Of a DNA stretch of 34,774 nt, positions 26,745 through 34,774 are shown in pieces. Origin of the DNA: a virus. The notes below the pieces were generated by a model, which had not been told where the DNA came from, did not search any database, and saw only the letters and a list, made by a program, of their open reading frames with translations. The stretch is from the IMG/VR virus record IMGVR_UViG_3300010269_000155. The stretch is one strand, 5' to 3'. The position numbers and the translations under genes are program-made. How positions within the stretch are numbered: the first letter of the stretch is position 1; every line of letters begins with the position of its first letter.

Positions 26745-27103
26745 GTGAATTAAGTGATTATCTGATCCCGGTTACCTTTGCTGGTCTACCGGTCTCAGCC
26801 TGGCAGGATTCTGAAATTAACTACACGATCACGGCAAAGGAAGTACAGCTGTACTCCGGTGATATTCACGCTTCCCTCAGCTCGAAAAAACGGTCTTTCC
26901 CTCGGAGTTTTGACTGCTACACAGAGGACTATTCGGAAATTGAAAATCTCGTTGACCAGATAGGAAATTTCGATATTCTTGTTATTAACGGTGAGAGCTT
27001 CACGGACTGTTACATTTCGGGATTCGGCAGCATCAAAGAAGTTGTCAGGGGTTCCGGAAAATTCGTTTACAATATAAAATTTTCACAGGCTGATCAACAT
27101 TGA
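26741..27103 (+). CDS. Distal tail (Dit)-like protein
   Basis: ATGA overlap with TMP; small beta-rich protein. Confidence 0.55.
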   Translation: MSELSDYLIPVTFAGLPVSAWQDSEINYTITAKEVQLYSGDIHASLSSKKRSFPRSFDCYTEDYSEIENLVDQIGNFDILVINGESFTDCYISGFGSIKEVVRGSGKFVYNIKFSQADQH

Positions 27104-27234
27104 GTGGACAAGGTACAGGCGTGGTCCCTGCAATTGCAATTGACATAATTTCCAGGGACAGGGAAGGAAATGTGACAGAACATATCAGGATTCATCCTAA
27201 TGGACGTGAGGAAGTGATAAAACGGCGACAATAA
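27100..27234 (+). CDS. 44-aa ORF (MSGQGTGVVPAIAIDIISRDREGNVTEHIRI...), not in the ORF track
   Basis: TTGA overlap with the upstream stop; fills the gap. Confidence 0.55.
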   Translation: MSGQGTGVVPAIAIDIISRDREGNVTEHIRIHPNGREEVIKRRQ

Positions 27235-27602
27235 CGGCAGATGGTCTTGAAGCAATGGCAAGAATGTTGAACGGTGTTTCTGCCCCTGATCCATTTATTT
27301 ATATTGCTACTGGGACAGGAGCAACGGCAGAGAGCACATCAGATACAGCTCTCGAAAATGAAAACGCTCAGTATGGGGCACAGAGAGTACAGGCAAATTG
27401 TAGTTTCACAAGTCCTGGGACTTCCGTCTGGTCTTATCTTTTCGCGTTTACCGGCTCGGTAATCATCAGAGAACTTGGAATATTAAATGCTGCCTCTGGA
27501 GGAACTCTGCTTCTCAGGCATGTTTTGAGCGAAAATAAACCGTACTCAGATGGCGAGTCAGTGGAAATTGCGATAACAAACACTATGATGAGAAATTCAT
27601 GA
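27222..27602 (+). CDS. Tail/baseplate structural protein; probable start ACG 27222 (MATITADGLEAMARML)
   Basis: YIATGTG...ESTSDTALENE and IRELGIL motifs typical of tail structural proteins; the conserved-looking ITxxG N-terminus lies upstream of ATG 27255. Confidence 0.6.
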   Translation, partial: TATITADGLEAMARMLNGVSAPDPFIYIATGTGATAESTSDTALENENAQYGAQRVQANCSFTSPGTSVWSYLFAFTGSVIIRELGILNAASGGTLLLRHVLSENKPYSDGESVEIAITNTMMRNS

Positions 27603-27611
27603 GGTAGAAAA

Positions 27612-27995
27612 ATGGCACTTAACAAAACAGCAACACAGATTTTAAGCGGTGCAACTGTAGCAGCAAACAGTTCCAGCTCTGCCAGCACGGGAGTTGACCT
27701 TTCCCAGGCTGTGGATTTTGGTATTGGTTATCAGATGACATTCCACGCATCGGCGACAAAAGGAGCCAGGGTTGAGCTGTTCGCGGATCCAGAAGGAGCT
27801 TCTGTCTCTTTCACTGTGGGTACTTATGCAGATCCGTGTGACAGCGGTGATGTAGATGTAGATGCTGGACACCAGGTCCAGGGATTCGTTCAGATGCAGC
27901 GGGCAGCTAAATTTGTCAAGGCGAAGGTAAGAAACCTGGATACAGGCCAGAGCATTACCGGAGCAAGCCTGTGGGCTATTGTGCAGACTCCGTAA
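27612..27995 (+). CDS. Hypothetical beta-rich virion protein
   Basis: GAGGT RBS; within the tail-tip operon. Confidence 0.65.
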   Translation: MALNKTATQILSGATVAANSSSSASTGVDLSQAVDFGIGYQMTFHASATKGARVELFADPEGASVSFTVGTYADPCDSGDVDVDAGHQVQGFVQMQRAAKFVKAKVRNLDTGQSITGASLWAIVQTP

Positions 27996-28004
27996 GGTGA
28001 GACT

Positions 28005-31000
28005 GTGCAGCGTTACCTCGCCTGGAAGTATAAAAAGGAGCTTCTGATCTCGAACCCTTCAGCTACCGAAGGTCTTCAGGTTTTTTTCACCCTGCCGTAC
28101 TATCCTGGCATGAGGTATGATTTTAGGGACATCAGGTTTACAACAGTTAGCGGAACTGCTATTCCGTACTTCATAGAGAGCGTAATTAATTTTACTTCTG
28201 CTTTTGTGTGGCTGAAACTACCGGCTAACACAGATTTAATCTTATTATATTATGGAAACGGAAGCGTAACTTCTGCAAGTGATGCATCAACTGTATTCGA
28301 ATTGTGGGATGATTTCTTAGGGACATCCATAAACACTTCTGTCTGGAACGTTGGAGGCAGTGGAGGATCAGTATCCGGCTCAATCCTGACTTTACAGCAC
28401 TCATCTTTGAGCGGATACATCGAGAGTAAAACTCTGTATGTTCCCAATTCTCTGGTTGAAATGCGGATAGCACATCAGTCAGGACAAAGAGGACCGTTTG
28501 GATTCCGGAGCACGAGCACACAAAAAGCAGCTGCCTGGCAGGGTGCAGCTGGTAGCCTCCTGACAGACCACAGGTTTGCACACAATGGTTCGTCAGGGGA
28601 TTGGGACAACGATGGCGTAAACCGGTCTGGATCGGTTTACAACATATACGGAGTCGCACATGTAGCTGCAGGCCCCCGATACTATGTTAATTACTCGTAC
28701 AGGGGAGAGATTACGACCACAGTACCGGGTGCTGTAAACCTCCCTGTTCAGATTTATTCTTATTATGGAGAAGGATATATCAAAGTAGATTGGGTTCGTG
28801 TTCGGAAATATTCAGCCTCGATGCCCGCAATCAGTGTAGGTAGAAAACATATCAATCAACCGAAAACTTTCACGTTGCCTGAACCTATAACTGCATCAAC
28901 TGCAGTTGAGATGGTACCAGAAGTTTCCCTAAAAGGATTCGTCAATGCTTCGACACAGGTATCAATGGTTCCTGTTGCCATGTTCAGGCAACCACTATTC
29001 TATCAGCCTGCAGTCACGGGCCCTTACCAGCAGTGGAAGTTCAGGGGAGATGTCCGGATCGAAACTCTGGACAGACCTGTCCAGATCAGCATACCGTTGT
29101 CCCCGGGGATGGCTGTAGATGGTAGGGACCTGAGATTCTCTGACACTCGAGGAAACATTCTAAGATACAACCTCGAGTCTGCAGAAAACAGCATGTTTTC
29201 CTTTTGGGTTGATGTTCCGGAAGATGCAACAAAAATCCATTACTATTATGGCAACGGAGTAGCTGTATCTGAAAGTGACGACAGCATAACAGGCGAGCCC
29301 TCTCTACTCACTGAATATTACCTCCCTGAGATTCCAGGCCCTTATCAAAAGTGGAAATTCTTGGGAGATATTGAAATTACTGACATCCCTGCAGGGGAAA
29401 CTGTCCAGAGGGTGAACATCGACCTTCTTCCAGGAATGAACTTGGACGGGAGAGACCTGCGTTTCTCAAGCACTGAAGGACAGGAAATCCCGTATAGAAT
29501 AGAGTCCCTGGAGAGCGGGGTTTTCACCTGTCTCGTTGAGTGGCCTGCAGGGACTTCAAAAATACATTTCCATTATGGTAACGGAACGGCTGTTTCAGAG
29601 AGTGACGGCAGTATAACTCTGGATCCTATTGTTACCACGATGTCTATGCCGTCCTCGATTGCATATCCTCGCTGGAAATACCGGGGGGATATCCGGATAA
29701 GTGCAGTTCCTGCTGTGGATACTCAGATCCTTGTAGATATTCCCAGGCTTCCCGGGATGACTCTGGATGGCAGGGATCTGAGGTTCTCTGACAATGCAGG
29801 AACTGCAGTCAAGTACTTCCTGGAGTCCTCGGATTCAGACTCGTTTTCCGTATGGATCAGGTGGCCGGCAGGATCCTCAAAGATTCACTTCTACTACGGT
29901 AACGGTGCAGCAGTTTCTGAAAGTTCTGCAGCAGATGTTTTCAATTTCTGGGAAGATTTCGACAGCCTGGACCCCGGTGTCTGGACTACATTGGCAGGCT
30001 CTCCTGTGATATCTGATTCAAAATTGTACCTCAGCAGCACAACTGTCAACTCCCTGCTCAGATCGGTTTCAATGTTTGGGACAGGGACGTTGCTGGAAAT
30101 GAGGATGTATCACGCTCAGAACAACCAGATGATATGCGGGTACTGGTCCTCGGCAAATCAGAGGGCCTGCTGGCTGGGTGCAAGTGGCACGTCTAATTAT
30201 GATTATATGCACACCCACAATGGCAGCACGTCGACCTCTGTAAACGATAACGTATACCGTTACGGGACAACGTTCTACAAGTACGGAGTTGCATATAATT
30301 CAGGTAGCGTTGTATTCTACGTGGATGACGCGCTGAGGGGCACGATCACAACCAACGTACCATCTGGGGACCTGCCTATAAGTCTATATAGCGAGGTCAA
30401 TGCCGGAGAGCTGGTCATTGATTGGATCCGGGTCAGACAGCAGACAGATGCTGTGGCTGCTGTGGAGAAACATTATCCTCAGAGTGTTTCAGGTTTCCAG
30501 ATTGAAGAGGTGCAACCAATCACGGCTTTTGTTTCCAGGCATCACCCGAGGTGGCAGGTTCCGCTCAAAATAGATACACCTGTTGCAACTGCTGTCCTTG
30601 AACGGCACTACCCCAGGTGGCAAACTGCGATTCGGTACTATGACTATATTGCTCCACAGGCATACGTTTTCATGCAGCCTGACGTGGTAAAATGGAAGGA
30701 ACGCAAGGAGCTTAGAGATTACTCTGTAGGAGCCATTGAGGTTTCGAAATCCATCAATGATACTTACCTGCAGTTGTCTACTGAGTTTGTGGACCTTGTC
30801 GTACCTCCGGAGGACTCGACGATCAAACACGTTGCCAATGATTCGCAAGGCAACCCTCACCTTCTCTTCAATGGAAAAGTTGTTGCAAACAGCTCTGTAA
30901 TGAGATACAATGGAAATTCGGTATCCATGCAGGCAGCTGACCTTTCAAGAAACCTTGTGGTCCAGAAGGTCCCTTGGAACTATCAGGTGGTGGATGGCGA

Positions 31001-32060
31001 GACTGCCTCATGGCCTTCCTGGATCCAGACTTTGCTGGCGCCAGAAGAAACTGGTGTATATGCGAAAACTTTGACAGACACTCATAAAGAGCCTAAACAG
31101 TTTGTTTTCAACCCGAAGACAACCCGGCTGGAAGCAATCAAGGAAATAGCTGGCTATGTTGGCTGCATGATCCATATAAAGCTCATTACCCGGGAGATTT
31201 CCGGGCTTACAGTTACCAGGCCAGAGTTCTACCTCGTGCAACCTGAGAACATAGACCTGAGCGCAAACGGGTTTGATCTTCCCGCTCCCATCACCCTGAT
31301 TTATCCTGATCCCTCTCTTGTAGATGAACCAAAGATAGTTTCGGAACCTGAAGAAAAGTACAACAAAGTGACGGTTCACGGGATCCTGAGCGAGACCGGG
31401 GAAACTGTTGTTGCCTCTGCTTTTTCTGCGGCTGTCTACTCAGGTGAACAGAAGGCAAGAGAGTACATGATAGAGGACAATTCAATTTCTGAGAAGGGTA
31501 GCACAGCCGAAAGAGAGGCAGTCAAGTGGTTGTTGTATTTCCTGACACCCCGGGCAAAGGTGTCTATGCAGTTCGTTGACCGGTTCGACCTGGAACTATA
31601 TCAGAGGATCCGGTTTGGCTCTGGATTCTCCAGGGGTCTACAAGCTCTTACAAGCTCCGTTCAGGTCCCCGTGGTCTATGCCTGTGACCCCAGGGATGCA
31701 GCGAACAGTACACACTCAGTTGATGTCTCAAGAGTTCCGCGTCCATCATGGTTAAGGATTTCAGAAATGAAATATCACAGTGAACACGCTCTTGAAACGG
31801 TTGATGTTACTGCAATTACAGATTTCATCTATTCCTCGGTTGATCCGGTTGTCCCTGATCCTTACTCCCAGTACCTCAGTCCCGGGTACATGAAACCAAT
31901 CATCGATGACCTGGTCCAGACTACACAGACGATAGTGGACGATACCATCGAAAAGCAGTTGACTCCCCAGAGCGGTACTGTCCTGTCAGTGAACGAAGAA
32001 ACGAAAACGGCAGTCGTGCAATTGGCGGACGGAAAAATTGTGACGGTGTCACTGGCATGA
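28005..32060 (+). CDS. Large tail-tip protein: four DUF2341-like repeats, two lectin/ConA-like domains, C-terminal hub-like region
   Basis: Repeats of W-K-(Y/F)...PGM...D.RF...(I/V)..YYGNG.A.SES; lectin-like ends VDWVRVRKY and IDWIRVRQ. Confidence 0.75.
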   Translation: MQRYLAWKYKKELLISNPSATEGLQVFFTLPYYPGMRYDFRDIRFTTVSGTAIPYFIESVINFTSAFVWLKLPANTDLILLYYGNGSVTSASDASTVFELWDDFLGTSINTSVWNVGGSGGSVSGSILTLQHSSLSGYIESKTLYVPNSLVEMRIAHQSGQRGPFGFRSTSTQKAAAWQGAAGSLLTDHRFAHNGSSGDWDNDGVNRSGSVYNIYGVAHVAAGPRYYVNYSYRGEITTTVPGAVNLPVQIYSYYGEGYIKVDWVRVRKYSASMPAISVGRKHINQPKTFTLPEPITASTAVEMVPEVSLKGFVNASTQVSMVPVAMFRQPLFYQPAVTGPYQQWKFRGDVRIETLDRPVQISIPLSPGMAVDGRDLRFSDTRGNILRYNLESAENSMFSFWVDVPEDATKIHYYYGNGVAVSESDDSITGEPSLLTEYYLPEIPGPYQKWKFLGDIEITDIPAGETVQRVNIDLLPGMNLDGRDLRFSSTEGQEIPYRIESLESGVFTCLVEWPAGTSKIHFHYGNGTAVSESDGSITLDPIVTTMSMPSSIAYPRWKYRGDIRISAVPAVDTQILVDIPRLPGMTLDGRDLRFSDNAGTAVKYFLESSDSDSFSVWIRWPAGSSKIHFYYGNGAAVSESSAADVFNFWEDFDSLDPGVWTTLAGSPVISDSKLYLSSTTVNSLLRSVSMFGTGTLLEMRMYHAQNNQMICGYWSSANQRACWLGASGTSNYDYMHTHNGSTSTSVNDNVYRYGTTFYKYGVAYNSGSVVFYVDDALRGTITTNVPSGDLPISLYSEVNAGELVIDWIRVRQQTDAVAAVEKHYPQSVSGFQIEEVQPITAFVSRHHPRWQVPLKIDTPVATAVLERHYPRWQTAIRYYDYIAPQAYVFMQPDVVKWKERKELRDYSVGAIEVSKSINDTYLQLSTEFVDLVVPPEDSTIKHVANDSQGNPHLLFNGKVVANSSVMRYNGNSVSMQAADLSRNLVVQKVPWNYQVVDGETASWPSWIQTLLAPEETGVYAKTLTDTHKEPKQFVFNPKTTRLEAIKEIAGYVGCMIHIKLITREISGLTVTRPEFYLVQPENIDLSANGFDLPAPITLIYPDPSLVDEPKIVSEPEEKYNKVTVHGILSETGETVVASAFSAAVYSGEQKAREYMIEDNSISEKGSTAEREAVKWLLYFLTPRAKVSMQFVDRFDLELYQRIRFGSGFSRGLQALTSSVQVPVVYACDPRDAANSTHSVDVSRVPRPSWLRISEMKYHSEHALETVDVTAITDFIYSSVDPVVPDPYSQYLSPGYMKPIIDDLVQTTQTIVDDTIEKQLTPQSGTVLSVNEETKTAVVQLADGKIVTVSLA

Positions 32061-33526
32061 CCACTGTATATGTTTCGAGCCTGGGAACGGACGAATATAC
32101 TGTTGACGGGATAGACGATAATGCCCAGATCAACCAGGCTCTTGAATATGCACGTCTTAATGCTTCTGACGAAGAGCCTATCACTGTCTACCTCAGAGGT
32201 CCTTTCACCTATCAGCTCTCATCCTGGCTTCTTATCGGGGACAATACTATCCTGACTGGAGACTTTACGGCGATTCTCAGGCTCAAGGATAATGCGAGCT
32301 GGGCGAACATCTATACTGAAGCAGATCCTGGCACTGAGCCTTTTATCAAGCAGGCTGTAAGTCCTATCCGGAACGTGGAGGTACACGGCTTTGAGATTGA
32401 CGGAAACGATGTCAATCAGAGCGGGTATGTTGGCGGGAAGATGAATTACATTGTAATGTTTTTCACTTACGGAACTAACATCTCCATGCACGATATGTAC
32501 ATCCATGACTGCCTTTCGGATGGCATGAGAATGGATCGAGGAAACAACCTTTATTTTTACAATAATGTTGTCAAGCGGATGGGACACGACGGGAGTTACT
32601 TTATCAGGTCACAAAATTTCCTGGTATTCGGGAACAATACCGAGATAAGAAGAAACTCTGCACACCGGGTATGGAATACCGGACATGGAATGATTTTCAA
32701 CAACTACATGAAGCCTTATGCACTTACTTCGATTTCCGGAAATCCCGGGATCCAGATAGAACATTCAGATGTCGCTTATGACATGTCAGGGGTAGAGGTT
32801 TTTGATAATGAGATCGAAGACCCTTGGGGAGAAGGCTTCTGGATAATTGAGTACGGCACAGGTTATCAGCAGAGCGATAAGGGGCTCTATATCCATGACA
32901 ATATTATCAGGAGAGCTGGACGGATTACCACAATTAACTATAACGCAGGAATCGCCATAGGTGGCTGGAACGGTACAAGGATAGAGAAAAACATCATTGA
33001 AGACTGTTATAACTGCGGGATTCTTGTCAACACGTCTCCTGTTTCCGGGACTTCCAAACTTTACCTTATCAACAATACAATATCAGGAACTGTAGAAACT
33101 CTTAACTCCACTAAGCAAGCCTGGACTGGTTGGGGGATAGTCAATACTGATCCCACTAACACAAAACTCTACATTGCCAACAATACTGTTTCTGACAACG
33201 AGAACGGGAACTACTACGACGAGCTGACAATGATCCCGTCAACGTTTGTCAGCATGTACGTCCCGGAACCTACCTTTACCGCTCAGGACACACAGCTCGG
33301 AGTCCAGCCTGGAGATTGGGGAATAGTCCTGCCTGCTGACAGTGGGAAGTATAAGTACATTTTTTACCCGGTCAAACTCCCTCGAGTAGGAGCGAAGGCT
33401 TTGATTTACCCTGCTCATAGCAGGCAGTATTACCTGCTGAGGCTGGCAGAAGGAGCGAAGCCTGGTGAGCGGATCATTTCAGTGCATGACAAAAAAGGGA
33501 ATTATTGGGGGATATCCGCGCAGTGA
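32057..33526 (+). CDS. Tailspike-like right-handed beta-helix, disaggregatase-related
   Basis: VYVS...DG.DD..QINQAL...VYLRGPFTY...LIGDNTILTGD, GHDG and PGIQIE motifs as recalled from the Methanosarcina disaggregatase-related family; last gene of the tail operon. Confidence 0.8.
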   Translation: MTTVYVSSLGTDEYTVDGIDDNAQINQALEYARLNASDEEPITVYLRGPFTYQLSSWLLIGDNTILTGDFTAILRLKDNASWANIYTEADPGTEPFIKQAVSPIRNVEVHGFEIDGNDVNQSGYVGGKMNYIVMFFTYGTNISMHDMYIHDCLSDGMRMDRGNNLYFYNNVVKRMGHDGSYFIRSQNFLVFGNNTEIRRNSAHRVWNTGHGMIFNNYMKPYALTSISGNPGIQIEHSDVAYDMSGVEVFDNEIEDPWGEGFWIIEYGTGYQQSDKGLYIHDNIIRRAGRITTINYNAGIAIGGWNGTRIEKNIIEDCYNCGILVNTSPVSGTSKLYLINNTISGTVETLNSTKQAWTGWGIVNTDPTNTKLYIANNTVSDNENGNYYDELTMIPSTFVSMYVPEPTFTAQDTQLGVQPGDWGIVLPADSGKYKYIFYPVKLPRVGAKALIYPAHSRQYYLLRLAEGAKPGERIISVHDKKGNYWGISAQ

Positions 33527-34774
33527 TTACAACCTTAGTTCTTTTTTCTTTTCTTCTGAAATCGCTATGAGCTTCATCTGAAACTCCGGATCTTCCATTG
33601 CATACCTGAGCGTCTGAATAAGATCATTCTTTTGTTCCTGGACTTCCTGGAAAGCATCGTTGCTCAGAACTAAAGAGCACTGAGAACAGAACCTGTCTTC
33701 CGGTTTGAGGACGTTGTTACATCGAGGACATTTCTTTAGAACGATCTGCCTGCGGTCATCTGTTTTGAGTCCATAATGCTCGAATATCCTCATATTCATA
33801 TCGTCATCTGCGAAGTTCCCGTATGTCGAAAACATCTGTTTTGAGTCCTTCGTCCAGCCTGCTCTGTAATTGATATCCTGCTCTCTGAGCCCGTCAAGGA
33901 TCCAGCACGTGACAGCATAGTGTCTGAGAGTGTGAGGGTGAACATGTTTTGATTTATCTAACTTTTTCTCGACCTGTTTAAACACATAGCATGCCCCTTC
34001 ATAACTCAGAGCTTCATACTGCAGAGTACCAGTGTTTGGTTGTCTGATCCTTCGTAACGTAGTCCACAACGGTGCGTTAGGATCATTTCTGAGTGGATGT
34101 ATAGCGAGCCATTGCTGTAGGTATCCTGCACTCCATGTCAAAGGTACTCCTTTCGCTGGCGTGGTCTTATTAGCTCCGGTCTTTGATAAATACAAAACTA
34201 CTCCATGTGGGGTTTCAGTAACGGAATTAGTACAGCAGGCCAATAAAGCTCCTATCCTGATACCTCCATCGGCACACACAGCAATTATGGCCTTGTCGCG
34301 AGGATGTGGTGCTGCTTCTAAAAACTCTGTAAATTCTTCTCGCGTTGGTAGATCTTGAGGTTGTACAGGGGTAGGGGCATGTACCATCTTAACTTCGTTG
34401 AGTACCCAGGAAGGTACACCGTCCCCATATTTCCACTTCATAAAACTGCGAATCGATTTCTTACACTGGTTTATGGTGCCGGTTTTATAACCCATTTCGG
34501 TTTCTAAAAATTCAAGGAGCCTGTCATAATCAAAGAGATCAATTTCATAGAGAGGTTTGATGATGCCGATTTTTAAAATATGCTCACAAGTCCTTTTTAG
34601 CGTGTTTATGTGCGTAATTTGTGTGCTAATCTTCATGTTTTTCCTGCGAAGTGAAAAATAGAACTCTTGTATTGCTTTTTTGTCCTCTGCAGAAATTGTC
34701 TCCGAATCAACCACCAGTTTGATAGCGGCTTTCAGCTTTTTTTCAAAATTAGAGGGATCTTCAACTCGCGCCAT
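33527..34774 (-). CDS. int: Tyrosine recombinase / integrase with C-terminal Zn ribbon
   Basis: Catalytic R (GIRIG), HPHTLRH, GW...Y (RAGWTKDSKQMFSTY); CPRC...CSQC. Confidence 0.93.
   Translation of the reverse strand: MARVEDPSNFEKKLKAAIKLVVDSETISAEDKKAIQEFYFSLRRKNMKISTQITHINTLKRTCEHILKIGIIKPLYEIDLFDYDRLLEFLETEMGYKTGTINQCKKSIRSFMKWKYGDGVPSWVLNEVKMVHAPTPVQPQDLPTREEFTEFLEAAPHPRDKAIIAVCADGGIRIGALLACCTNSVTETPHGVVLYLSKTGANKTTPAKGVPLTWSAGYLQQWLAIHPLRNDPNAPLWTTLRRIRQPNTGTLQYEALSYEGACYVFKQVEKKLDKSKHVHPHTLRHYAVTCWILDGLREQDINYRAGWTKDSKQMFSTYGNFADDDMNMRIFEHYGLKTDDRRQIVLKKCPRCNNVLKPEDRFCSQCSLVLSNDAFQEVQEQKNDLIQTLRYAMEDPEFQMKLIAISEEKKKELRL

Larger units (their letters stand above)
1..34774. mobile_element. 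Temperate tailed archaeal virus / provirus (siphovirus-like), probable Methanosarcina host; boundaries not visible
   Basis: Complete packaging-head-tail module in canonical order plus a tyrosine integrase. No att site or tRNA seen within the window. Confidence 0.93.

Noticed and set aside
312-34358. Many antisense or alternate-frame ORFs in the track (e.g. 312-713, 914-1306, 3963-4292, 11208-11792, 23856-24311, 34032-34358)
   Set aside because: They overlap well-supported genes and have no recognisable motifs or RBS
1-34774. tRNA, rRNA or att-site duplication; pseudomurein endoisopeptidase-type lysin
   Set aside because: No cloverleaf, rRNA-like sequence, terminal direct repeat or pseudomurein-binding repeats recognised by eye; a tRNAscan or repeat search would be needed to exclude them

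Overview
The window is most of a tailed (siphovirus-like, HK97-fold) temperate virus or provirus. The host is very probably Methanosarcina or a close relative; this is inferred from three proteins resembling, from memory, the Methanosarcina disaggregatase-related beta-helix family, a Zn-ribbon tyrosine integrase and archaeal-type promoters. Gene order: coupled early/middle genes (PD-(D/E)xK-like nuclease, HsdM-like methylase lacking motif IV) and a candidate origin; terS-terL; small membrane protein; portal; secreted GH46 chitosanase homologue; MuF minor head protein fused to an HExxH metallopeptidase domain, followed by five paralogous Cys/His mini-genes (one with an in-frame amber codon); an inverted three-gene beta-helix depolymerase-like operon; an AT-rich cargo island (Zn-phospholipase C/S1-P1-like protein and a membrane protein); scaffold/protease, decoration protein, capsid, head-tail joining genes, tail tube, frameshifted chaperones, tape measure, tail-tip proteins, a beta-helix tailspike; and a convergent integrase. 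The strongest candidates for new biology are: (1) a MuF polymorphic toxin with a poly-immunity-like array; (2) a multi-enzyme cell-envelope (methanochondroitin?) degradation set; (3) an identical GTTAAC-AGC-GTTAAC operator in front of four operons; (4) possible amber (pyrrolysine) read-through and non-AUG starts. All family assignments come from motif recognition by eye, with no database searches run.
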